The position numbers and the translations under genes are program-made. From Nemertoderma westbladi (Eukaryota > Animalia > Xenacoelomorpha): a stretch of DNA of 33,506 nucleotides. Positions 12,101 through 24,100 of the stretch are shown one piece after another. Where the stretch lies: contig JAUCBJ010004570.1 in the NCBI GenBank assembly GCA_032718475.1, positions 1 to 33,506 of the forward strand, given 5' to 3'. The notes under the pieces were generated by a model. It saw nothing but the letters and a program-made list of their open reading frames with translations, searched no databases and was not told the DNA's origin. Within the stretch, counting starts at the first letter, position 1; each line of letters opens with the position of its first letter.

Positions 12101-15100
12101 GATTAGAGTCACTAGGGCGGATGGTCGATGTCTTTTGATCAGGTTTATAGTGATCGATTGTGGGTGTCTTTAGATCAGGTTTAGTGGGATGTGGAGTGGG
12201 TGTCTTTTGATCAGGTTTAGTGGGAAGGAGTTTGGGTGTATTTTGATCAGGCTTATTGGGATGGAGTGTGGGTGTCTTTTGATCCGGTTTAGTGGGATGG
12301 AGTGTGTGTGATTTTGGATCAGGCTTATTTGGAATATTTTGGTCAGGTTTATTTGGAATATTTTGATCAGGTTTATTTTGATGGAGTGTGGGTGTCTTTT
12401 GATCAGGTTTATTAGGATTAAGTGTGGGTGTTCTTTGATCAGGTTGATTGGGATGGAGTGCGGACGTTCTATGATCAGGTTTATTGGGATGGAGTGTGGG
12501 TGTTCTTTGATCAGGCTTATTTGGATGGAGCGTGGGTGTTCTTTGATCAGGTTTATTGGGATGGAATGTGGGTGTTCTTTGATCAGGCTTATTTGGATGG
12601 AGCGTGGGTGTTCTTTGATCAGGTTTATTGGGATGGAGTGTGGGTGTTCTTTGATCAGGCTTATTTGGATGGAGTGTGGGTGTCTTTTGCTCAGGTTTAT
12701 TTTGATGGAGTTTGGTTGTATTTTGTTCAGGTTTATTTGGATGGAGTTTGGGTGTATTTTGTTCAGGTTTATTTGGGTGGAGTGTGGGTGTTTTAGGATC
12801 AGGTCTGTCAGACCTGATTTTAGGGGTGTTTTCACTGTTTTGGTCTAACCTATTAGGGTAAATTTTAGGTGAGATTTGATCAGGTTTATCAGATCGCACT
12901 TTTGAGGTATTGAGATCTGGTTTTGTTTGGATTATCTTAGAGTTGTGTTGATTCTGTGTATGAGACGATGAGGTACTAGGAACATGATTATGACGAAGTC
13001 TGCCATCGCCATCTGTAGTTACCAAACCCAATCTGTCCTGCGTTGTTGCACTACCGTTTTGTTTCGCTTTCCTTATCTCAGCTTGTTGTTTCTGATGCTG
13101 CAACATTCTTTCTTTGTATTCCTATAGAAAAAAAATAAATAGATCCATCGACTTGAGTTTTAACTAAGTTAAATAACGCAATAATTTTCGCGTTGCTACA
13201 TTACCACACGTTCGTGGGGCCTTCGCGCAGCACGAGGTTCAGTTATGAGATACATAGTAATATTGAGCGATTCTACTGTATAACAAACTCGGTATTTAAG
13301 AAATTTAACCAAACACCAATAAATGGGCACCATAGAAGCCCCCCCCTTCAACCTCCCTCTTAATCTGCACCACCCCAACCCAAAGGAGCACAGAGGATTG
13401 ATGAAAGGCAGGTATTACAGGGAAAATGTGTTTTAAAAGTAATATATTATATTTGTTTTAATATAACACAAAATACAACTGGAAGCGATTCACAAATATA
13501 CAAACAGCACAAATTTCTAGCAAAAATAATTAAAGATCGCATATTATTTAATTTATTTAACTAACAAATAAATCAATAATCTCATGTTATTGATATACTG
13601 AAACATTAATTTATCATGTCAACACCTCAACGACATTATTTAGCTAATTATTCTAAAGAATCATGATTAAATACTCAGCCAATCATTTTATAAGGTAAAC
13701 ACAATAAGCAAGGAAGCTCTGGCTGTCTGGCTCATTACACTGCTGCCTTTGAATAGTGGTGAGGTGGGACGTGTTGGACTGGTTCCCAGTTAGGTTACAG
13801 TAGGCAATAATGGCAAGCATGCCTTGGAATGAGGGAGCTAGAAGTAGTATAGAGTGACATGGTATTTTAATAACTTAATTACGTTTAGATCAATTAAAAA
13901 CACATTTCTTAAAGCAAATCACTTGAACTAATTAAAAACTATAATGGAATGGGGTATGGGGATTACAGCTGTATAATTGTTAAGTATAATCATTCAAATC
14001 TTATACTGTAAAATAATTAATTTCCTTTAAAAGGCAGGTTTAAATGGCTGCATTTACCCTAATCAACTTAATTAACCAATTAACTGCTATTATCTTAGCT
14101 TCTCGAAGGCCACGCGAAAATTCAACTTGGAAATTTCTAAACTTTGGCCAGACTACATGTGTGTACCAAGTTTGGATAGATTTCTTTAAGATTTGGCTGA
14201 GTTATTAACGTTTAAAGTTCGAACACAACAGAATAACAGAACAACAGACACACCGATTGAGTTAGTGGTACCTGTATGCTAAGCTCGCTTACTTTCGTAG
14301 CTCGCCCCACAACCAACCCATATGCCACGGCACGGTCCCCACACATATTAGACGTTTCAACCGCGACGCTGTGTTTTTAGTTAAAGCTCATCAGTAAGAA
14401 TTTCAACAAACCTTTAAATTAATTGATTTCGGTTGAGGTTTGGGTTCGGTGGGAATGGGAGGCTGTTTGGTCGGTGCGGGGGCGCTGGGAGGGAGTGGGG
14501 GAGGCGGGTCCATGGGTCTGTCTGGGGGCAGTCTGGGACTGTTGTGGGCTGAGGCCGCGACCGGGGTGGGCGAGTGCGCCCGTATCTCGATGTCCTGGGA
14601 ACCGTCCACGGTCCCCGTAGCCGTCGCAGCCGCCAGGGCCGCTTGCTGCTGCCGCTGGTCTTGCTGAAATAAAATGAACCGGCTCAAAAGTAAATATATT
14701 AAAATAAATACAATTATTTATTAAAAGCTTCGCTAAACACAAAGTTAAATCAAATTTTTTTTTAAGTCGTTAGGCCAGGGATTACGCACAAAGTCTGACG
14801 AATTAATTCCAATGCGGACCCCCCGAACTATACCCCCCAGAGGAAAATGGTACTCATTTAGCTACCATTTAAGGGGGAGGGGAGGGGGGGGGGGGGGGGG
14901 GGTAGTCGGATTTCGTGAAAAAAAATCAATTTTTTATTGTTTCATTAAGACCGAAATTTTATGGAGATTTAAAATATTTATTGACATAAAAATTGACATC
15001 GGAAATGAATTCTCAGTCTCCCAAAATAACGAAATAATTTTTAGTTTATCGTCATCATTACTGTCGGACATTATTTAACTGACATTCTTTCATATTCACA

Positions 15101-18100
15101 GACAGTTTGCGCGGGAATATTAAAAAAACTACACTTTGTTTTCGTCATTTACTCCTATTTCATTTTAGATTCACTAAAAATGTATCTCATCCTTCAATCT
15201 ATCCGATTTGGCTAATTATTTTTGTTTGAAAGCCCTGAACAGATTCAGAACAGAACAGAAAGCCCTGTCTCTCCTGAACAGATTCCTTCGATGGATTTTA
15301 GAATTTCGCTCTAGTTCTAGAGAAAAGTTAGATTAAAGCCTGTTTAGTCTGTAAAAATTAAAAATTCACAAAATGCGCAATAAAATCATTTTGGAAAAGA
15401 AAATTAAAAATTCCTCTATGGATTCTATAAAGGGATTCGTCAGTGCACCCACTCGCCAATTTTTATATCAAAATACTAAAAATTGTTGGAGGAGATACAT
15501 TTTAAGAACGGACCAATCAAAATTTCGTGAAATTGGCTATTAGCCAATCAGAAGGTGTGTGACCACGGAAATGGAAAGCCCGTCCAATTACCTTTCATAA
15601 TATCTATATATATATGTCCTGGTATCCAATACAGTACTGTGCAGTGTATTTTAAACATTTTCTAAAAGGTTTCCCCCCCCCCCCCCCCCCCCCCGCGATT
15701 TTCAATCCCCCCTGGTGCAGATTTTTATGAGGATTTCAAAACTTCAAAACGTTTGTTAATAGCTAATGTAGTTCAAAAGTTATGAGCGACAATGTTAACA
15801 CTTAAACTGGTCAGCGTACTCATTTACTTTTGTTTCGACTTGGTAGGAACTCAAATTTGTGTTTTATCAATTTGTTCCGCATTTGGTCAGGTATAAATTT
15901 GTAAACTCATCTGAGTTGGTAAAAACACAAATTTATGTTTTATGTGAATGTACGCGAACTGGTGGGAAAACATCGATTGACGTTCTCCGAGTTAGTAAGA
16001 ACACAAATATGTGTTTGCCTGAGCGGCTATCCACTTGGTGGTGACGCTTTTTTGTGTTTTAGACATATTTTACGTATTCCTATAATACTACTACTTAATG
16101 AATCCCTATGGGTTTATCATTACCGCCATTCAATCGCTTGAATGTAGAGCTACACAATGGTAGTTGAATCATCTCGAATCGCCCACTATGGCAGACACAG
16201 TGGTGTGAGAAAGATTCTAAAATATAGAAAAGTTTAAGTAATGGCCGTTTTTTAACATTAGGTCGGATGAACATACGATTACCACTACTAGATAGCCCTG
16301 CTTGGGCTTTCTTCCGATACCTCATATCCGCCAGTTTGGCATCCCCAACGCCCACACATAAGGTTTTCCCACAGGTATGCTTCACAGTATAACAATAACT
16401 GAATATCAAGACTTCGGCTGTAATATTCCCACACCCCATAAACTTATATAAATGGTTCTTCGTTACTTCGTTTTAATATCATCGGATTGCTAGACCCACT
16501 GTGGAAGAAAATAACTATATTTTACTCTTTTAACTACCATCTTTATTTGGATGGATATTTTTTATGACGTGGAAAACTTTTCTACTCCGGTATTCATTCG
16601 ATTCAAGTTTATCAAATTGGAGAAACTTATTTCTTATTTATTAATAAATTTATTATTTTAATTTATTATTATTAATTTTTTATTTTAATTTATTATTATT
16701 TATTTACTATTTTAATTTATTATTAATTATTTATTTACAGTTCTTATTTATTATATTAAGAAAAATAGCCGTTAACTTCTCTCTCGTTTATTAATTTTTC
16801 GCACTTTTCATGAAATATGGAGTTTAAATAAAATGGCTACTTTTATTCCTAAGTCTAAGTTAATAAATAGTTACTTTAAATATCAGAACTCTTTGATTTT
16901 ATAACGGTAATACTATATAGTAGACTATAGAAAACTATCATACGAAAAAAATTTATGGGACAGATGATAGCCACCTTAACTCTGACTCTGATTAACTGTT
17001 TATCTAACTGATTAAAACTGTTTGTCTAACTGTCTGTCTTAAATGTTTAACGGTTTTTCTTGTATTTAATGTATTAAATGTAATGTATTAATTAAATGTA
17101 TTAAATGTATTAAAAAAACAATTTTCACACAATTTTCGCAATTTTGTCGACAAGCCGGCACAGCATTCTTAAAAATGCAGCTGCAATGCAGCATGCCGAT
17201 CCTAGTAGTAGTAGAGGGAAAAAAGCGCAGCTTATCAAATTTTGAAATATGATATTTTTTCGTAGCAATATGAAGTTTATCTTATGCTAATCTTTTATTA
17301 TTCCCTAGAACGACTCAAGTGTGTTTTTCGCATTCAGCTCGACATGTACAACAATTTGAAAAAAAAAATTTTTTAATTTTGACAATTTCTTGAAAAAAAA
17401 ATATTTTTTTTGAAATTTTTGATTTTTGATTTTTTTTTTACAAAAAAATTTCCAAAATTTTGAACTTTTGGCCCTATATCTTGTGAAACAAGACGAGTTT
17501 TTAAAATCGAAAATATTTTTTCCATGTTTTCAAATACGCTCTTCAACATAGGCTAGTTTTCAGATCAAATTAAACAAGTCACTTTTGAGGTATTTTGGCC
17601 AACTCTGGCCCTCTGTGCATTGTCTGTTTGTCTGTTCAGCTGTCGGTTAAATTTTGACGGACCGACAGTCAACAGTGACAGACATACATGACACTGTCTA
17701 TTGAGAAAACGGACTTTAGAAATAAAATTACCAAGACGGAAAAACCCTTGCAACAAAATTTTCAGAGGGGTTGTGTGCATTGTAACATTTCATTGGACAG
17801 AATTACCCTAAGCATAAACTTTAAATGCGTTGTCTCAAGAATGCAAATTTTAAATTTTAAAATGCAAAGGCTTGTGAAATTTGGCTCGAATAATGACTGG
17901 ACGATTATTACCACCCCATTACCACTTTTATAATTTTCATTGTTATAGCTGAAATATTTAACAAAAAAGTGTCAATTTTTGGTCAAAAATGGCAAACTTT
18001 GTCAAAATTTGGCAAAAAAAATAAGTTTTTAAATATATTATTTAACAACAATTCTGGTAATACTGAATATGATAGATTCACGATGTCATTCTGCTCGAAT

Positions 18101-21100
18101 GATGAAATTTTGGGCACTTGATGACGACCATTGTATTATCCACCTGTGTACCAATGTCAATAAATAAATAAACATTAAACAACCTCCTAAGCTAAATTCG
18201 TGGTCCACTCACAGGGCTCGAACTCGCGACCTCTAGCTAGATCCACACCGACAATCTACTAAACTGGCTGTCATATAGTTTGTAAGTCCGGAAATGTTCT
18301 CAATTCTACAAAGTTAATTATTAAACAAAACTCATGTGATATCTCGTCACTATAACTACCGATATCTCGTCACTATAACTACCGATATCTCGTCACTATA
18401 ACTACCGATATCTCGTCACTATAACTACCGATATCTCGTCACTATAACTACCGATATCTCGTCACTATAACTACCGGATATCTCGTCACTATAACTACCG
18501 ATATCTCTTCACTCACCCGAAATATGCTGCGTTTCTTTATGCGGGGTTGGAACTTCTCGTAAACGGCGATGAATTCGTTGCTAAGTTCCATCAATCGGTT
18601 ACGGTCGAGGGACGGGTCGATACAGACCACCAAGGGTATCCGTCCGTGGAATCGATCTAATTGATTTAAAAATAAAGGAGGTCGGGGGGGGGGGGGGGGG
18701 TTATCACAAAACCTCTATCTTCAAGATTCAACAATATGCAGACAAATACACCAGTTAAACAAACAGACACAGACAAACACCAGCTTACCTGGCAGTCCTT
18801 CCAGGTGAGCGATATATTGATACAGACACAGGCGACCGCTTTGGGTTTGTAATGGATACAGAAGGTTGTCAGATGGAGGCTGTTTGTCGCCATAAAGTAG
18901 GCCGTTTGGGCCAAATCCTTGATGTTTCCATCCTTAGTAACTGAAAAAAAACACAAAAAAAACAAATTAGCTAACAATTCCGCTAGCGGATCAGATAAAA
19001 GGTAGACCTGGGAGTTATAACATAAAAAAAATATAATAACAATATATAATTATTACTAAAACCAAACGGTTTTCCACCAACCGTTGACTTTTCAGTTTAT
19101 TATACGCAGTAGGCACTTAGTGTTTAAACGGGATCACACTTTTCGGGATTTACGAAAAGTGGTGCGCGCCCTGGTCACTGGAGGTATCATAGCTTCAAAT
19201 CTTTAAGGTGTGTGTAAAGCTTGTGGTGTGTAAAGCTAAAGGTGTGTTTTTCGGGATTTACGCGATCGGGATTATCACTCTCAGGATCCCGATTTTCGGG
19301 ATCGGGATTGAAATTTTGAATTAAATTCCTTATAGTTATTAGTAAGATAAAGTTATATTAAAATTATTTTGGAATTGATTACTGGATGGTTTACTGACAT
19401 AAAAATTAATCAAAAACATTTCCGTTCGGCTGGAACTATTTATCAGATATTCAACAAATTAACTTAACTATTTGTACAGCGGGATCCCGGTCCAAGAAAG
19501 TCGGGATCGGGACCGGGATTGTATTTAATGCCGGGATCCGGCTTTTCGGGATCGGGATCCCGTTCAAACACTATGTACGCACCTATAACCTCCTAGGTAG
19601 TGTTGTAGTAACGCTACTTTTATAAATAGAAAACCCGCTGACCAACGAGATTGCTAATTATACATCAAGGTGTCATAAAGAAAAGAAAAGTATCTGTTTT
19701 TATTCCACATAATTGCCTTTTCACCTCCTGTTGCGCTCTAAAAACTAATGCACCGGTAGACGTTAAATAATTTGTATGTCAGATCGAATTTAGTGTTTAT
19801 ACGAGATCCCTAATCCGATCCTGAAAAATCGGTATCTCGGTGAAAAATACAATCCCGAACCCCCGATATTTTTTGGAACGGGATCCCGAAATATTTACTG
19901 GAGTAAATTTGTTGAATATCCGATGAATAATAAATTGTAGCAGAACTGAAATTTTATACAATCCCGATCCCGAAAATCTGGATCCCAGTAGTGGAAACCT
20001 CGGTCCCGATCCCGGAAATCCCGAAAAGTCTGATCCCGTTTAAATACTAATACCATAAATACAACGAATTACGGATACTGACAGCGCCCGCTGGTGGGAC
20101 GTTCGCAATCTTTATGAAAAAAAAGTCAGCAGTGGTATTATATTATAATTCCGCCGTATTTTGAAGGTACATTTAATGGATGGAATATATTTATCGGGGA
20201 AGCTGCTGGTGTCACCTGGCAATTCCCTGGAAATAGTGGGTCGTAACTTAGAGAGACGACCCCACCCTCCCCACCTTATTGATCTAAAAATCTTGATAAG
20301 ATTGCATTATATTGAAACAGAGATAGTTTCACCTCCCTCCTCCTCCTCCATGGAGTATTATCCTGGATCTGTGGAGCCAGAATTATTATTTTTAGCTCAA
20401 GCGTTTAAAAAAAGGTGTCTCAGTCGATATTGCACCATAGTTACACCGCAGTTATTCTTCAACCTAAAACCTTGTTGGTATAGTGGAAAGCTGACCATGC
20501 AAGGGTTCCAGATATGTAATTAAACATTTGAATTTGGGTAAGGAACTAGAAAGTTAGCATTCGGAAGCTACATGCATTTGCTTCCGCTGCATGCCACTTC
20601 TAATTAATAAACGCACACCATTCTGGTACAATTTTACGTTTGAATAGCTACGTGACAGTATTGTTTTAGGCATTAAATTGTTGTCCAGCTACTTGGGATA
20701 AACAAAATGTTCCAGAATGGTGTGCGTTTATTAAATAGAAGTGGCTTGTAGCGGAAGCAAATGCATGTAACTTCCGAATGCTAACTTTCTAGTTCCTTAC
20801 CAAATTCAAATGTTTATTACATATTTGGAATCCTTGCACGGTCAGCTATCTATCCATTGCTATCAACAAATTACTAGTAGGTTGAATAATAAATGTAGTA
20901 CGACTGGCGCCATATCGCCACAGACACCCTTTTCAAACGCTTGTAGCTAAAGAATAAAAGGAAATATAAAAATTCTGGCTCACCCACTCAGTTGGTCGGG
21001 AGGTGAAACTATCTCTGTTTCAAATTTCATGCAATCTCATTACGATTTGTACAAAAATAAGGGGGGTGGGGTGCGTGTCATTGAATTACGACACTATATT

Positions 21101-24100
21101 CCGGGGCGTGGTGTAATATAGTTTGTTGTATCACAGAAAAATTATTAAATAACATTAAACAACCAAAGCCAATTTTACGATAGATTCCCACCCGACTTAC
21201 CTACCCAAATGACCCTCAAACATACCTCTAGTGAGCGGGGAACCCAGGATATGCGTGTGAGGGTGATCCACTTGAATATCGAAACCTGTTAAGGTAGTTG
21301 ATGTATATGAGAACAGAATCCTGCTGCACTTTAATACACAACTTCCAACACAGAATGTAATAAACAGCTCACTGGATTATATTGTCAGTCTGGTGGAGTA
21401 GTCAAATAAATAAATAACGAATACAATACAGGGTGTCCCATTACATTTGATACTTATTTTAATAGAACCGCTCCACATTAATGATTTGCAGTAATTTTGG
21501 TTTCATTGGGTAGCTGGAATCTACTAAATAATATTGTTCTAACTAAAATTAGAGGGGAGGGAGAGGAGAGACTTTATGTTTTCAATAATATTTCATTAAA
21601 TATTCAACGATTCCACACGTTAATTAGGGCACCACATGTCTTGGGAAGGTGAAACTCAAATAACAGTAAAATGAGTTTAAATTTATTTGAAGACAAAAAT
21701 ATTCCAGATGACACCATAATTACTGCAAATCATTAATGATTCAAACCGCCATATTAAAAAAAAAAAACAGATTTCTTTGGGAAACCATTAATCTGTATAA
21801 AAAATCTAGATAAAACATAATTCTAAGTATATAGATAAAGTAGACTGTGTAAATCACATTAAACAGCGCTGCACTGACCAGGGATCGAACTCGGGCCTTT
21901 GGAGTGGATGTCTAGAATGTCGAAACTAGAAGGAGTTCAGTTACTACAATTATATGGAGAGCGGGGTATTCAAATTAAATTATTGTCAAATAATTAAGTA
22001 AATAGTTACACAAAGTGTCTCTACTAACCCAAAGTCTGTAGCATAATTAGTTCGTTAGCTACTAATACTTTCGATTGTTCCTGGAATTCCTGTGATTCCA
22101 CCCTTATTGGCGGGCTGTCCCGGTTGAGACACGCATGCGCCACTCGAATGACGTGCTCCAACTTCCGGGGTTGCTCTTCCACCTTGGCAGCAAGGAACAG
22201 GGCGCACGAAGCAATTTGCTAAAAAAATATTATATAAACATGAAAATAATATTCCCTTTTTACAAATTTTCCTATTTACGGATATTTTATATTATCCGGT
22301 ACTCATTAAATCAGGTATTAGACAATTGTAGCTCACATATAAAAACACTCACATATTTGTGAAATTTCTCCAGAGAATGAAATATGTAGAACCGATGCAT
22401 ATAAACAATAGCAGTATTAATGGCTAGCTGAGATCTGCGAAAAAAATAAAATAACAGAATATCGTGACCATAGAGCCAGAACAACACATACCACAATTTT
22501 TCAAAAAAAAATTTTTCACCAAAATTACTCAAGATGGCGTTCTACATCTTATGTTAAAATCCTAGACTTGTATGTCAGTTCGTTTAGGAGATATGGAAAA
22601 CCAGAACAACCCACACAACATAGAAGTTGAAAACTGTTAGAGGTAAAACAACACATACCACACTTTCCCTATCATACTTTGCCAGGAAAAACACCATTCA
22701 ATAGTCGAGGAATGACGTGAGTTCTTATGTTTCTGCGATAAAATCCTAGAGGTAAAACAACACACACAGACTAGAGTTAATGTTAAATTTCAGTATGTGT
22801 TGTTTTGCCTCTTTGGAAAATAACGAAAAAAACAGTTTTTTTCATTAACAAAATTTATTCTGAATGCTAGCCACTATTATAAAATGTGTCATTGTATCTT
22901 CCCAGACCTCTGTCGAAAAAATTAGGAGACGGGATCCATATAGAGGGAAATGAGAAGGTTTTTTGCATTTTTCTCGAAACCACATTTTTTGGTGAGTGTT
23001 GTTCTGGCTCTTTGGTCACGATATTATACAATAGGAAGATAGAGGGATGGCGTGATGGGGGTACGATACCAGATATTCGCATTAAGTAGATTTCTGGAAA
23101 ACATCAACCCAGCTATTGAGGACCATCTATAACCTGAACCATAATATAAGAACATCGATGTCTTTGCAGACAACTACCGGTATATCGTTGTTCAATTCAA
23201 GCCGCATACTTTGTAAGAGTGCGTTGGTTATGGTATTACCCGCATCCCATCTCGTTCCAGGGTATATAAAGTTTTAGTTCAGCTGAAGAATACTTTTTTT
23301 TCACTTTTCGGTCAAAAATTTATATACTCTAAACAAACTTCTGTGTTACTTTGAGTTTAGCCCCTTTATTAAATAAACGAACGCCCTAAAGTCGGAATGC
23401 CGCAATCTGAGAAAAATTTATATAGGCCTATTTACAATGATGAAGAATTTTGCAGTGTCTTATGGACACATATTTCTATCTTTAACTTGTACGTACACAA
23501 AGATACTAATTCGTTTATTGTTTTGGTTAGAATCAGCCTTTATGTAATCTGAGGTTTTAGTTAAGTCTGGTATTCTTCACATCTGGGCACATTGCATAAT
23601 AGCAGAATATAAATATCATAGTATAAATTATAGTAACAGTCACAGTTCAGTTCACATAGCTGTAGAACTATAGGCGTTCAAAGATTGCAAGAAGTTTTTA
23701 TGCTGAAGGTCATTAATAAATACACAAAATTCTAGAATGTGTTATTTATATTATGAGTTGGTGGGCAACAGCGGGCGGTATGCCTTTACAATATCTTTAT
23801 TGCGTGGCTATTCATACATAAACAAAATGTTCCAGAACATCGTGTACCGTATTTAATAAATGCACCATGACCCGTAAATATATTGTCATTATCTGATGAC
23901 ACGGACCCCCCCCCCCCCAGATTTTTCTACAAATCTTTATTATATTGCTTGAAATTAGAAACACAACTAGTTCCACTCACCGTCGTTGAGCCCATAAAGC
24001 CGGAATTTTCGATTTCGTCTTTAAATTTTTTTAATAAGCGTTTTAAAAAGTGTCTTTTGCGAAATTGCACCCTCCGTATCGTGGCCATTCTTCACATTAG

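Noticed and set aside
12170-12848. Overlapping ORFs in alternative frames and on the antisense strand (221, 169 and 124 aa)
   Set aside because: By-products of a 36-bp repeat that lacks stops in several frames; they end at the array edges.
18200-18272. Possible tRNA genes (also 21868-21930 and 31610-31690)
   Set aside because: Only B/A-box remnants with no complete cloverleaf; best explained as SINE heads.
18338-18512. CRISPR-like array of 23-bp repeats
   Set aside because: There are no unique spacers or cas genes and the context is a eukaryotic intron; it is a minisatellite.
23436-23552. Possible C/D box snoRNA (ATGATGA ... CTGA) on the plus strand
   Set aside because: Antisense to the host gene, no terminal stem, and such motifs are expected by chance.
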